Under the pieces are notes generated by a model. It saw only the letters and a program-made list of their open reading frames with translations, did not search any database and was not told where the DNA came from. Below are positions 19,685 through 30,500 of a DNA stretch of 64,000 nt, piece by piece. The DNA is from Desulfobulbaceae bacterium. Lineage in GTDB: Bacteria; Desulfobacterota; Desulfobulbia; Desulfobulbales; VMSU01. The stretch covers positions 23,544 to 87,543 of the forward strand of contig JADGBM010000001.1 in assembly GCA_015231515.1 (NCBI GenBank), given 5' to 3'. How positions within the stretch are numbered: position 1 is the first letter of the stretch; every line of letters starts with the position of its first letter. Made by a program: the position numbers and the translations under genes.

Positions 19685-20404
19685 TTAAAAAACCAAGGTA
19701 AGGCTGTGTATTTTCCCGGAGGTTTTTTCTTTGATCTGCACTTTGAGTTCCTTGGCAGTCTCAGCTTCTGCTGGGAAAAACAAAAAACCATTGGCCAGAC
19801 TGTCATTCGGAAAGCTCTTCCCTTCAAGTCCTTTATCACGAATATCGTCGGCAATTGTGCGCCGTTGTTTAGGATCTGTACCTTTTTTTGTGCCGCCGAT
19901 AACCGCTCCGCCGGCACCACCAACAGCAGCCCCTTTTCCGGCTGATTCAAGTACATTATCCCCGGAAAGAATTCCGAACGCTGCTCCAAGTATTGCACCA
20001 CCAGCGGCACCTAGAGTTGCCCCCTTCGTTGCCCCTGAGGCAAAAGCTCCCATCTCTGTAGCTTCAGACACACGCTCTACTGCAGCCTGATTCGGGATAA
20101 GAGTCCAGTAGCGATTGTTGTTGTCGACTAAAAAGGTCTGACCGCTGACAACCTCCATACTCTCGCCAGACTTATTATCCATAACAACTTGAACAGGCAA
20201 AAGCCCGGCTTTTTTAATATCAAACCCAAATGCCTGTTTGGCCTCTTTATTATCGGCAAAAGCCTCTGCTCCAATGGTAGCACCAGCCACCGTATGGGAG
20301 TTAGGATAATCAGAAGCAGGCCTGAAACCCACGTATTGTGTTGTATAGGTTGAACAGGCAGACATAAGAAAAAGAAAAACAAACAGATACACATATCGTT
20401 TCAT
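19685..20404 (-). CDS. Lipoprotein with C-terminal glycine-zipper region
   Basis: Lipobox LMSAC. Gly/Ala zipper GATLGAAGGAILGAAFGILSG..GAAVGGAGGAVIGG. Function unknown. Confidence 0.6.
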   Translation of the reverse strand: MKRYVYLFVFLFLMSACSTYTTQYVGFRPASDYPNSHTVAGATIGAEAFADNKEAKQAFGFDIKKAGLLPVQVVMDNKSGESMEVVSGQTFLVDNNNRYWTLIPNQAAVERVSEATEMGAFASGATKGATLGAAGGAILGAAFGILSGDNVLESAGKGAAVGGAGGAVIGGTKKGTDPKQRRTIADDIRDKGLEGKSFPNDSLANGFLFFPAEAETAKELKVQIKEKTSGKIHSLTLVF

Positions 20405-20549
20405 TGGATAGCCCTCGTTTTATAGTATTTCAAAATAAGAATTGAAGAGTTGATTATAAGTATTCCTCTATCCTTGTCAAAAGAATTACGTAGCTGATAT
20501 TTATTTTCACAGGATATAGACCATTATAAAATGAAGAAACTTAAAGCCA

Positions 20550-21599
20550 CTAATAAAAGAAGGATAGTGTCAATGAGCCAAAACTATGATTGTCCGGTTG
20601 CTCTTTAAATTCCCGAGAACGTAAAACCTGGGTCCAGGTGATCTTGTACCCTGCGAAGTAAATTGCCAGACCACCGGCAAAATCTGCGACAAATGGTTCT
20701 TTCGTAACACTCTGACTATCAGTAAACGTATTTCCGTCTAAAAAAATATCCTGCAAAACAGCACGCCCGTTAACGGCTCCAAAAATATAGGCCGTTTTGC
20801 CATTTTTTATGGTGAATCTGGTATTTCCGGCTGGTCGGATCAGAGAAACACCAAAATCTTCCGGCAGATTCCACCCCAGGCGCATCTCCAAGCCGCCATT
20901 GGCGTAGGTGTAAACATTGCCAAGAGCACCGCCAGCGTGTGCGATGGAATCGAAGTTGGGTATGCTTGCCCTGTAAAGAAACGGCAGCCGCCATTTTCTC
21001 TCATAAATTGCAGCAACTCCCGGTTCATTTTTAAGTTGATTGTCCCATCCGTTAGGTCGTTGCAGGTTTCTTAATTCGTGCACACTCTTTTGAGATTCTT
21101 CGGCAAAAGACTCTGGCCCAATCAAACCAAATTGAAACTCGAAAGTATCCATTATGGCTTTACTTTTGCTGTGAAATGCCGCCCCAAAGTATGTCCAGCC
21201 GGCATATGGCCGATCGTCAAGGATCCGGTCTTTACGAATGATATCCGAGGGCGTATACATATTTTGTCCTAATGAAAACTCGACACGACGAATGAGATTC
21301 GGCTCATTTATAAAGGGCAGTTTATTTACATAGTCGATACTCCATTGGGGCAATTTACCGCTTTCAACGAACCTTTTGAGATCAGGAGAGATAAGAGAGA
21401 TTTTAACGCCGTTCGTGTAGTTGCTGTCGGTTCCATTAAACAAATCATTCTCAAAATAAAAACTGAGCGTCCAAGGATTTTTACCTTCAGTAGCATTTGC
21501 AGGTGGGGGGAAGACAACGACGTAAAAAAAACAGTATACAATAGCAAAACAATTCCAGAGATAGCATTTTTTCCAAATAGGCTTCATGTGAGATTCCAA
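20550..21599 (-). CDS. lpxR: LpxR-family lipid A 3-O-deacylase (DUF2219) outer-membrane protein
   Basis: Signal peptide, then the YFENDLFNGTDSNYTNGVKISL motif characteristic of LpxR/DUF2219. Beta-barrel-like C-terminus ending FFY. Confidence 0.7.
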   Translation of the reverse strand: MESHMKPIWKKCYLWNCFAIVYCFFYVVVFPPPANATEGKNPWTLSFYFENDLFNGTDSNYTNGVKISLISPDLKRFVESGKLPQWSIDYVNKLPFINEPNLIRRVEFSLGQNMYTPSDIIRKDRILDDRPYAGWTYFGAAFHSKSKAIMDTFEFQFGLIGPESFAEESQKSVHELRNLQRPNGWDNQLKNEPGVAAIYERKWRLPFLYRASIPNFDSIAHAGGALGNVYTYANGGLEMRLGWNLPEDFGVSLIRPAGNTRFTIKNGKTAYIFGAVNGRAVLQDIFLDGNTFTDSQSVTKEPFVADFAGGLAIYFAGYKITWTQVLRSREFKEQPDNHSFGSLTLSFFY

Positions 21600-21629
21600 A
21601 GGACATTACGAGGTACGTATCCCATAGTA

Positions 21630-23090
21630 TTAAAGATATGGTGTAAACAGTTTAAAAAACCGATTTCTCAATATTACGAAAAATCCTCTCCCCTCAAGCT
21701 CCCGAAGAGTTGGTCTTGTAGAGTTAACTCCTTTGGTATCGAGAATACCCTCCACTGTCCGGGCAAGCTTTGTATTATAACATTCAACATTGAACTCAAA
21801 GTTGAGCAGCAGACTTCTGGCATCCCAGTTCGCCGAACCGAGCAACACCCACTCACCATCCATTACCATTAGCTTTGAGTGATCAAACGGGGCAGCAGTA
21901 TAAAGCACCTCGCAACCAGATCGAACCAGTTCCACGAGAGACGCATCTGAGGCCCATTTAACCATGCGAAGATTTGTTTTGCCGGGAAGTAGAATTTGGA
22001 CCTTTACACCCCGCAGTGCAGCAATCTGCAGGGCCGTGATCATTTCGTTGTCCGGCACAAAATATGGTGTAGCAATCCTTATTGAAGAACGGGCACCCGC
22101 AATTGCCCCCATCATTACAAATCTGAGCTTATCAAAATCTTCATCAGGGCCGTCTGATATTCCACGGGCAATCACATCGCCTTGGGTCTCAGAAACGGGG
22201 AACCAGGCAGGACCCTGGAGATTTTCTCCGGCGTTAAACAGCCAGTCTTCGACAAAGACCTGCTGTAGTTCAGCAACCACATGCCCCTGAATCTTAAAGT
22301 GAATATCCTGAACAGTGTAGTTTTTATTGTTTGCAGTAACACAGAATTCTGTAATATTTATCCCACCGGTAAAGCCGATAATTCCATCTACCACCATTAT
22401 CTTTCTGTGATTACGCAGGTTGAGATATCGAAACCTCCATGGCAGCAGTGTTTTCATAAATCTGGAAACGCGAACACCGTCTCTCTTAAGCCCACCAATG
22501 ATGGATGGAATTGAATACCGAGCCCCTACAGCATCAATCAACACCCTAACATCAACTCCTCGCAGTACAGCCTCTCTAAGAGCTACTCTGAATTTATTGC
22601 CTAATGAGTCATTAGCAAAAATATATGTGGACAGGGAAATTGAAATTGTAGCGCCCTCGATAGCTGTTATCATTTCGTGATACGCCTGATCACCGTTAAT
22701 GAGGGGGGCAATTGCATTACCGCTCAAAAGCGGCCGCATAGTCACCTTTTCGGTTAAACGGCAGAGCGCACTTACGGAACGTTCCTGACCAAAAATAGTA
22801 TCAATCTGATGCGGAGAAACAACAAAATCCTGTGAAGGAATTCCCAGCGCCTTCCTCTCTCTGGAAAATTTCTTGGCCCGACGCTGTATTCTGTTTATTC
22901 CAAATAACCAGTACAAACATACACCAAATATCGGGGCAAACCAGATCAGACCCAACCAGCCAACAGCCGCCCGAAAGTCACGCTTCAGCATAACTACATG
23001 AACTGCAGTCATCATCATAGCCAGAAGCGTAAACGCAGTTATTAAAAAATGAGGCCAGAACTCATGAATCAACTGCAAATTCGTATTCAT
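21630..23090 (-). CDS. cls: Cardiolipin synthase (PLD superfamily, two HKD motifs)
   Basis: Two N-terminal TM helices. HKD motifs HRKIMVVDG and HSKLMVMDGEWVLLGSANWD. 486 aa. Confidence 0.9.
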   Translation of the reverse strand: MNTNLQLIHEFWPHFLITAFTLLAMMMTAVHVVMLKRDFRAAVGWLGLIWFAPIFGVCLYWLFGINRIQRRAKKFSRERKALGIPSQDFVVSPHQIDTIFGQERSVSALCRLTEKVTMRPLLSGNAIAPLINGDQAYHEMITAIEGATISISLSTYIFANDSLGNKFRVALREAVLRGVDVRVLIDAVGARYSIPSIIGGLKRDGVRVSRFMKTLLPWRFRYLNLRNHRKIMVVDGIIGFTGGINITEFCVTANNKNYTVQDIHFKIQGHVVAELQQVFVEDWLFNAGENLQGPAWFPVSETQGDVIARGISDGPDEDFDKLRFVMMGAIAGARSSIRIATPYFVPDNEMITALQIAALRGVKVQILLPGKTNLRMVKWASDASLVELVRSGCEVLYTAAPFDHSKLMVMDGEWVLLGSANWDARSLLLNFEFNVECYNTKLARTVEGILDTKGVNSTRPTLRELEGRGFFVILRNRFFKLFTPYL

Positions 23091-23302
23091 GGTTTCACGC
23101 TATTTATCCCTGAGCCATTGCATTGTTTGTTAGAATACCATTTCAAGAAAATTGAGTATCTGACAGTACCATATCTATCTAACGATATATTGATATATTA
23201 TATATTTACTTTTTACTTGACTTAATCTGAAAGCTTAGGGCAAAGTTAGTATAGTAAATTTAAACCACCTCATAATAAAGAAAGCAGAAAGGAGTATAGC
23301 CA

Positions 23303-23485
23303 ATGAAAATGACAGAGATTAAAACAATAGCCAAAAATATTGGTGTAGCACCGGGCAAATTAAAAAAGAATGAACTGATCCACGCCATTCAGAGCAAGGA
23401 AGGCAATGTCGCCTGTTTTCAAACCGGGATAACTATTTGTGATCAATACCAATGCTGTTGGCGAGGCGATTGTTTACCCGAATAA
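23303..23485 (+). CDS. Small SAP/Rho-N-like domain protein with Cys-rich tail
   Basis: 60 aa. MTEIKTIAKNIGV..KKNELIHAIQ helix-extended-helix pattern, then C..C....CC...C. GGAG ribosome-binding site upstream. Confidence 0.5.
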   Translation: MKMTEIKTIAKNIGVAPGKLKKNELIHAIQSKEGNVACFQTGITICDQYQCCWRGDCLPE

Positions 23486-23538
23486 ATGAGTGCATAATAG
23501 CGTTAGTCTTCCTTCTGAGAGGCCGGCCGAGGTTTGGT

Positions 23539-24324
23539 CTATTTTGCCGATGGATGTTCACCGTTAATCAGTAACTGAAGGTCAGCAATAACAGGCAAAT
23601 GATCACTTGCCACTTTAGAGACCATAAGACGGCATCGCCAACTATGGAGGGACTCTATTTCACCACGGCAAAAAATTTTGTCCAGCCCCACTGCTGGAGC
23701 AAAAGAGGGGAAGGTCAGCATGGGTTTTCGGCTATGGCTCCCATGGTCGGTGGCACATTTAAAAGAGTGCCGATCGATAAAAATCGGTGTTAATACTGTC
23801 CTCCAGTCATTGAAATCTCCGGCAACCAGACACGGTGCGGAAGATGTCGTTTTTAAAAACTCAGTGGAACTGAATAAAAGTTCCAACTGCTGCAACCTTT
23901 CCCGGGCAACAAGACCAAGGTGCAAATTGAAGACAGCCAGTCCCAATGCCCCCCAGCCACTTTTTGCCTCTGGCAGCTCCAGTCTGGTAAACAGGCATCC
24001 GCGAGACTTCCGGAAGCCAATTGTCAGATCAATATTTCTTTCATCAACAATTGGAAATCGACTCAAGGTTGCATTCCCGTACATTCCATTCCGTAGTTTG
24101 ACGTTCAGGCCGATCGCATGGTATGGATATTTGAGCTGTTTGGCAATTTCATCGCCAAGATTTAGCCTTTGTGACCTGGGAACACCCACATCAACCTCCT
24201 GCAAAAGGACAATATCAGCGTCGTAATGGTCAAGTATCCGGATGATGCGCTCTAAGCGAAAACGCCTGTCAAGGCCAATCGCACGGTGCATATTGTAGCT
24301 CAAAATCCTTAAATTCATTGCCAT
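23539..24324 (-). CDS. Endonuclease/exonuclease/phosphatase (EEP) family protein
   Basis: N-terminal LRILSYNMH.., internal LLQEVD, and C-terminal SDHLPVIADL motifs typical of the EEP fold. Confidence 0.8.
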   Translation of the reverse strand: MAMNLRILSYNMHRAIGLDRRFRLERIIRILDHYDADIVLLQEVDVGVPRSQRLNLGDEIAKQLKYPYHAIGLNVKLRNGMYGNATLSRFPIVDERNIDLTIGFRKSRGCLFTRLELPEAKSGWGALGLAVFNLHLGLVARERLQQLELLFSSTEFLKTTSSAPCLVAGDFNDWRTVLTPIFIDRHSFKCATDHGSHSRKPMLTFPSFAPAVGLDKIFCRGEIESLHSWRCRLMVSKVASDHLPVIADLQLLINGEHPSAK

Positions 24325-24395
24325 CCCTTGGGAACAAAGTGTCCTAAAGCATCCTCTACGCCTAGCGTATTCAAAAACATTTAAGGAGCGTCATC

Positions 24396-24989
24396 ATGAA
24401 TGAACGTATTGATAGCCTGCTGGAAAAAATTAAAACGCTTCAGGCTGGGCTCCATATTGAATTCGAAGAGGAGCTGAAAAAGGCACAAAAAAAACTCAAT
24501 TACAGTTTTCAAAAGAATAAAATTATATGGGAGAAAAAGGCACTCCAAGCCCAAAAGGAGTTCAAAGAAAACCTCTATAAGTTTTTTAGAAACTCAAATA
24601 TACTTTTCATGATAACTTCACCAATTATCTATAGCCTTATCATTCCCCTGGTTTTTCTCGACCTGTTCATCTCTGTTTATCAGGCTTTATGTTTCCCTCT
24701 TTACGGCATTACTAAAGTCAAGCGTTCAGACTATCTGATCATTGACAGGCACCACCTCGCCTACCTGAATATAATTGAAAAGCTCAACTGCATTTACTGT
24801 GGATACGGTAACGGACTTTTATCATACGGAATGGAGATTGCGTCACGCACAGAAGAGTTCTGGTGTCCGATCAAGCACGCAAGGAAAGTCAAAGACGTTC
24901 CCCCCAGATATCATCACTATGCAAACTTTGGTGATGCCGAGAAATACCGCCAAAAAATACAACAGATGCGAGAACGAAAAAGCCTTTAA
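24396..24989 (+). CDS. Hypothetical membrane protein (coiled-coil N-terminus, one hydrophobic hairpin, CxxC..C..H C-terminus)
   Basis: Good AAGGAG ribosome-binding site. No family recognised. Confidence 0.4.
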   Translation: MNERIDSLLEKIKTLQAGLHIEFEEELKKAQKKLNYSFQKNKIIWEKKALQAQKEFKENLYKFFRNSNILFMITSPIIYSLIIPLVFLDLFISVYQALCFPLYGITKVKRSDYLIIDRHHLAYLNIIEKLNCIYCGYGNGLLSYGMEIASRTEEFWCPIKHARKVKDVPPRYHHYANFGDAEKYRQKIQQMRERKSL

Positions 24990-25612
24990 GAGCGGATCTT
25001 TTTAATACAGTTGACTATTGATTCCGAGTAAAAGCAGCCAAGCATACCTATGACAGTAGATACTGTTGTAACCCAGAACAAGGTAAGGTGAAGAGTTTGA
25101 TTTTTATAATAAAACAGATCGAGAATAAAGAGGATAATACCAAGATGCATCGCCGATGAACCAACCCTGACCCAATACCCTTTTTTCTCAAAATGCAGAT
25201 ACTGATTGCCAATCAACGCCAGGCACAGCACCGCAAACTGTGCAGCAAGCGCCACCATCAGATTGATCTTTAAGGCCGTTATGATCCCATAGTAAAAAGA
25301 GACTACACCCAAAAGAACAACAAGCGCCAGGGTGAACCAGTTCAAAATTGTAGTTGGCAGCAGCCGCTTGGGAACACAGATGCCAATCAATAAAATAAGA
25401 CAGATAATAAACGGACTCACGACCTCATTCATAGAGTTCATGTACTGGGCTTTAAACAGGGGCTGCATGTTCTGAATCTGGGCATGTTTAAAATAAAACA
25501 TCCCATAAATGCAGATGGCGGAAATAATTGCTAAGACAACTGCTGTCGCAAGAATCAGATAAAAATCATAGGAAGCTTTTTGGGTAGGTCCTGTGTTTTC
25601 CATATACATCAC
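24986..25612 (-). CDS. Polytopic membrane protein, unknown family
   Basis: 208 aa with about six hydrophobic helices. Translationally coupled (4-nt overlap) to the upstream CcsA-family gene. Confidence 0.4.
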   Translation of the reverse strand: MMYMENTGPTQKASYDFYLILATAVVLAIISAICIYGMFYFKHAQIQNMQPLFKAQYMNSMNEVVSPFIICLILLIGICVPKRLLPTTILNWFTLALVVLLGVVSFYYGIITALKINLMVALAAQFAVLCLALIGNQYLHFEKKGYWVRVGSSAMHLGIILFILDLFYYKNQTLHLTLFWVTTVSTVIGMLGCFYSESIVNCIKKIRS

Positions 25613-26640
25613 TGAAATGTGTGTTCACCTGGGAAAAAGAATGAGCTTACAAAAGTAAATAGCATCGCTAAAAAACATAAGATCCCAAGAATTGAGGTAA
25701 AATACCACATACTTTTTTTGTTAGCATATAACCGAGTATGCAGATAGGTGCTGTATATAGCCCACATCATAATTGAACTGCATATTTTGGGATCCCACCA
25801 CCAGTTTGGCCCCCAAGCCTTTAGAGCCCAGGGATATCCGAGAAGCATTCCCAAAGTCAGCATAAAATAGCCAAACTTAGCAAAATCGTACCCTAGAATT
25901 TCGACCTCAAGCTCCCTGTTAATCAGCATAAACGATGAGGTGATAAAGGTTATAGTTATGGCTGCATATGACAAAAATAGCATTGGGGGGTGAAGCCACA
26001 TATAACTGGCATTATAGTAAAATATCATTTTAGGATAGAGCTTCATGAACAGACCAAATTGTTCCATCGGTGCCAAACCCTTTTGAAACCATGGTGTGAT
26101 TTCAGCAAAAAACTGTGGTAATGGATCAACAAATGGATTCGTCACAAAAAAGATTATCAGAATCTGAGCAGCCAAGAACAGCAGCAAAGCCCCTTGAATC
26201 CGGTGATTCTTGAGACGATTAAAGGCGGCTTGAGCCATTGCTGAGTAGCACATAAACCAGAAGAAATATTTTTCGTTTTCAATCCATAACGGGATCGCAT
26301 ATCGAGGAGGACTGTTGGCATCATAAAGGGCAAAACTATAGGCGGCCTGACTGTTCATGGACGTAATCTGCTTATTAATCCATCCCGACAACGACTCAGG
26401 AAGAAGCAGAGGGAGTTCCGTATAAATTCGGTAATGCAGCCAGCAGATCAGTCCAAATCCAAGGAGGAAGAGGATGTTGGAACTGTAAAGCAGATAACGA
26501 CTATAGGCCGTTCCGACAGGCGATTTACTGAAAATATTGGTAGTGCCCAATAAGCCGGCAAGAATACCTATTAAGAACAAGCCATAAATGACAGGGTTGC
26601 CATAAAGTGCAATTTGACCGGTAATTTCCACAAAATCCAT
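25609..26640 (-). CDS. Cytochrome c assembly protein, CcsA/ResC family (haem-handling WWD protein)
   Basis: Trp-rich motif WGPNWWWDPK followed by the conserved YLH. Polytopic, 343 aa. Confidence 0.75.
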   Translation of the reverse strand: MDFVEITGQIALYGNPVIYGLFLIGILAGLLGTTNIFSKSPVGTAYSRYLLYSSNILFLLGFGLICWLHYRIYTELPLLLPESLSGWINKQITSMNSQAAYSFALYDANSPPRYAIPLWIENEKYFFWFMCYSAMAQAAFNRLKNHRIQGALLLFLAAQILIIFFVTNPFVDPLPQFFAEITPWFQKGLAPMEQFGLFMKLYPKMIFYYNASYMWLHPPMLFLSYAAITITFITSSFMLINRELEVEILGYDFAKFGYFMLTLGMLLGYPWALKAWGPNWWWDPKICSSIMMWAIYSTYLHTRLYANKKSMWYFTSILGILCFLAMLFTFVSSFFFPGEHTFQ

Positions 26641-27182
26641 CTATAGCCTACCCCTGGATGTATTTATATCTTATGCTGATTCGAAGATTAGCCGATATAG
26701 ATTAAAAATCCAACTCTTAACCTTCCTTATATCAGCAGAGTTTAAACTACGCATGCATCTTTGGCAAATTAAACAAAATAAGAAAATTTGGCTATGCAAC
26801 GTTTGCCTTCGCAAACTGACCTCTGTTGTCATGCTTGGCAACTGGCAATGGATAGATGAGGTGAACGACCACAGCGTTTGCTGCGACAAGTGCCGATGCA
26901 ACGACTACACCGCAGAAAAATACGGTAAGTTCCGTTGCTTCTTCCGTTATTTCACTCAGAACCACCTGCACAAACCAGGTCGACTAAAGGCATACCGAAG
27001 AGCTATCTTGTAGGTATCAACTCGTATCTCGCCTTCAACCAATCGTAATAGACCCCATTGTATAGATCGTAAACATCGCTTTTTTTTGTTTTTTTGTTCA
27101 TGTACCCTGTAAAAAGTAGTACAGTTACAACTGAATGACAACCGCCCGACATAAATTATCCAACATCTAAAGTAGGCATATA

Positions 27183-27461
27183 ATGACAGATCAAGAACGA
27201 CGAAGAGCTATCAGGCGCCAGTGCGATAACCACTGGATTGACGTTGTGATTCAAAACGCCCATAATCCATCAGCCTGCGGACCTGAACTGAAAGTTAGAG
27301 TTGAAAATATCTGTGACACCGGGATGTGTTTGATATCTTCCTCACCATTTGAGTTGGGGCAGGTACTCTCTTTTTCAGCTGACGACCTCCCCTGTCAGGG
27401 TACTGTTGTCTGGACATGCCAGTCGAAGGTTGAATGTAAGGCTGGTGTACAGTTTTCGTAA
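27183..27461 (+). CDS. Stand-alone PilZ-domain protein
   Basis: 92 aa. RxxxR (RRAIR) and N-x-C-x-x-G (NICDTG) at PilZ spacing. Lies 49 nt upstream of the AsmA-like gene. Confidence 0.6.
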   Translation: MTDQERRRAIRRQCDNHWIDVVIQNAHNPSACGPELKVRVENICDTGMCLISSSPFELGQVLSFSADDLPCQGTVVWTCQSKVECKAGVQFS

Positions 27462-27510
27462 TTCAGGCGATCAGTTGCCTTATGGATACTGTCGAGAATC
27501 TTAATCGGAA

Positions 27511-30500
27511 ATGAGAAAAAGGACGGCACTACTTTTACTTCTGGTTATTGCTTTAACAGCACTCTATTTCACCCCCAAACTCCTCAACCAAAAACACTTT
27601 CAGGATCGCATAACCCGGGACTTGATCACAACATATGGTCTTGATTGCCGGTTTGCCGCTATCAGGTGGCACTGGTTACCATTTCCTGCTCTGTACATTG
27701 AACATTTCGAATCCAAATCAGACCTATTCACCTTAGAAGTTCCTCTCATACAACTCACTCCTCGCTTAAAATTTATTTTTGATGACAAAGGTCAGTTAGG
27801 CCGCATCAAGCTCATTAAGCCAGTCCTGCACTTTAAACATCTGCCAACTGCCGATAACATCAGAAGCAAATCAGCAATACCAGATTTGAACTTTGCTATT
27901 TCGGAAGGATCCATAACATTACCCCGAATTGACACAATTGGCGGCACGAACATCTCTCTCCAACCACTGGAAATTACTGACTTTAACCTGAAAATTAAGA
28001 GTACCAGTAACCGACTAAAATTTAATGGGAACTTTCAATCAAGTTTTAGTGATAAAATTGAAGCAATTGGCCGCATCGATCTCAACAAAAAATATTACCG
28101 TCTCGATTTAAGTGCCAACGAGACAAATATTGCCCCATTATTCAATCAGGCAGACAAAAATTACCAGATAAATGACTCACGAATATCCCTTAGGATGCAT
28201 TGTGAAGGTTTAGGTAAAGACAATTTCAAACTGAACTTTTCTGAAATCAATACCCCTTTCTCCCTTACTGCATATGGAGAGAGCTACAAAATACGCTCTA
28301 TTGGCAATGTTGCCTTCACTAAACTTGCCAATGAATTCTTTTTTGAGTTCGACCGTTTTGATTTTGAAGATCCTGCCGCAAGCTTTTCAGGTAAAGTGTC
28401 TAAACGTAATAACTCTCTTCAGAAAGAACCCGAGTGGACACTAGATATTTCAGGAAATGATATCGATCTCGCCTCTGTTCGGACACGGATTTTATCGTTA
28501 TGGCCTGAAAATGAAACCGCCACCACAACCTGCTCAGTTGTTAGAGGTGGTTTTGCCAAAACTGCCCGTTATATTTTCAAAGGACCGACCACAGACTTTG
28601 AATATCTTGATAAAATGAAAATTTGGGCTGAAGCTGTTGATGTTCCACTTTACATTTCGGATATTGGTCTTGCCATTGATCGTGCCAGCGGACCAATCAG
28701 TATTATCAATGGCTACCTTGCCGGAAAAAACCTGATGGCCGACATTGGCTCCACCCACGGCAAAAAGGCCTCTTTATGGCTTGATCTTATTGAACAAGAT
28801 GATGCCTTTTATCTCGATATTAATCTGGACGCTGATCTTCAGGATCTCCAGGATGTGCTTGGAATAATCATTGAAGATGACGCCTTTCAGAACGAACTCT
28901 GTCAATTTTCCGAAATTTCCGGCAGAGCAAAAGGCAACCTTACCCTTGGCAACACACTCGGTAATGTCGAAACAACTGTTCAGATATCGTATCTGTCTGC
29001 TGCCGGATTTTACGACAGACTGCCGTGGCCTTTTAAACTCGATGGCCGAAAGCTTGATATTTTACCCGACAAAGTTGTATGGGATGATTTTCAAGCGCAA
29101 GTTGGCGGGCAGACAATCAAAAAAACCTCCGGTTCAGTTGAGTGGGCAAATGAGATCAGTATACAAGTTACTGAACTTGATGCCACTGCTAACCTCGAGA
29201 CTCTTTTCGATCAGTCATTCCTTCAGGTGAACACCGGCAAAGCCTATCTTAAAAACGCCCTTCACGAAGTCATCACAGCAATTACTGGAGTGGCTGATTT
29301 TTCCAACACACAGTTTTCGGGGCCAGCTCTCTACCCTGAAAAATGGAAATTTGAGACTGCATTCGTACTAAACAACACAACAATTCATAGTCCGTACCTG
29401 CCTCCCGCTATTGTCAGTGAAATAGTTCAGGGAACTTTATCATCAAAGCAGGTTCGCTTTTCAGGAATTTTCAACTCTTTCGACCAGAATTTATTTATGT
29501 CCGGCACCTATAGCCACACCTTGCTTGACAACTGGCATGGCCGTATTGATCTGAATGGCATCGTTAAACCTAAACTTGGACAATGGCTGCGATCTACAGG
29601 CTGGATTCCGGATGAATTCTTTCCACGGCTACCGCTGACTTTAAATAATTTTCAAATAGCCAACACGGCGCCGTCTTTTGATTCGTTTCATCTTAATGGT
29701 GAGATAATCGCCCAGATCAATCAATCCGATACCAAATCAATGCTGATCGATATCAGTAAACAAAAAAATATATCCCTGAGCAGTTTGAATTTTAACGATG
29801 GTGTTATGCAGGGCAAAATCACCTACCTGGATCAATCGAAAAGCGGTCGATCACTGCTGACCTGGCAGGGCGGCATTACTATGAAAACCTTAGACTCATT
29901 TTTTGAGAAGAATATATTTAAAGAGGGTCAGATCAACGGTGTCTTCAGTCAACTATCCACTAAAAAACCAACTAAGGATACGACCTATGCCGGATACCTT
30001 GAGATCAATGATCTCTCCTGGAACTACCTACCCGACACCCCTCCCCTTATTGCCAGAAACATTCGGCTTAACGGAGAAGGAAACACCATACAGTTAAAAC
30101 AGTTCACTTCAGAAATTGAGGGTGACACCCTCGATGCAAAAGGCCAAATAACCCATTCAACAGATAAATTTCTTCTCGATATCTCCCTTCATTCAGAAAA
30201 TCTGACTTTCAATAAGATTAAAACCGCCTTTGATCTTCACAAAGAATTTATTAAAAAGAATCTGCAACCCACAAATTCGAATGGTCTGTTATCTCAGGAA
30301 GAACATACCGACTTTATTGATCAGCTCTCAGGCAAACTCGATTTTGACTTTTTTCGGCTGAACTATATCAAACAACCTGCTGACACAGAGAGCTTACCAA
30401 GCCAACCACCACATGTTTACACCTGGAAAAATCCCTATGGCACGATTTCATTTGATTCCGGCGACATAAAACTGCAATTTTTCCCAAGTGATCTATGCGG

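Noticed and set aside
19618-20090. Track ORFs 19618..20010 (-), 19661..19945 (+) and 19731..20090 (+; Pro/Ala-rich), which overlap the glycine-zipper lipoprotein gene.
   Set aside because: These are alternative-frame or antisense readings of a Gly/Ala-rich coding region. The 19685..20404 frame has a lipobox and a coherent domain structure.
21345-21872. 175-aa + strand ORF spanning the lpxR/cls junction.
   Set aside because: It is antisense to two supported genes and crosses their intergenic gap, with no recognisable features.
23678-24226. 182-aa + strand ORF antisense to the EEP-family gene.
   Set aside because: The minus-strand frame carries EEP motifs (LLQEVD, SDHLPV). The + frame is a shadow ORF.
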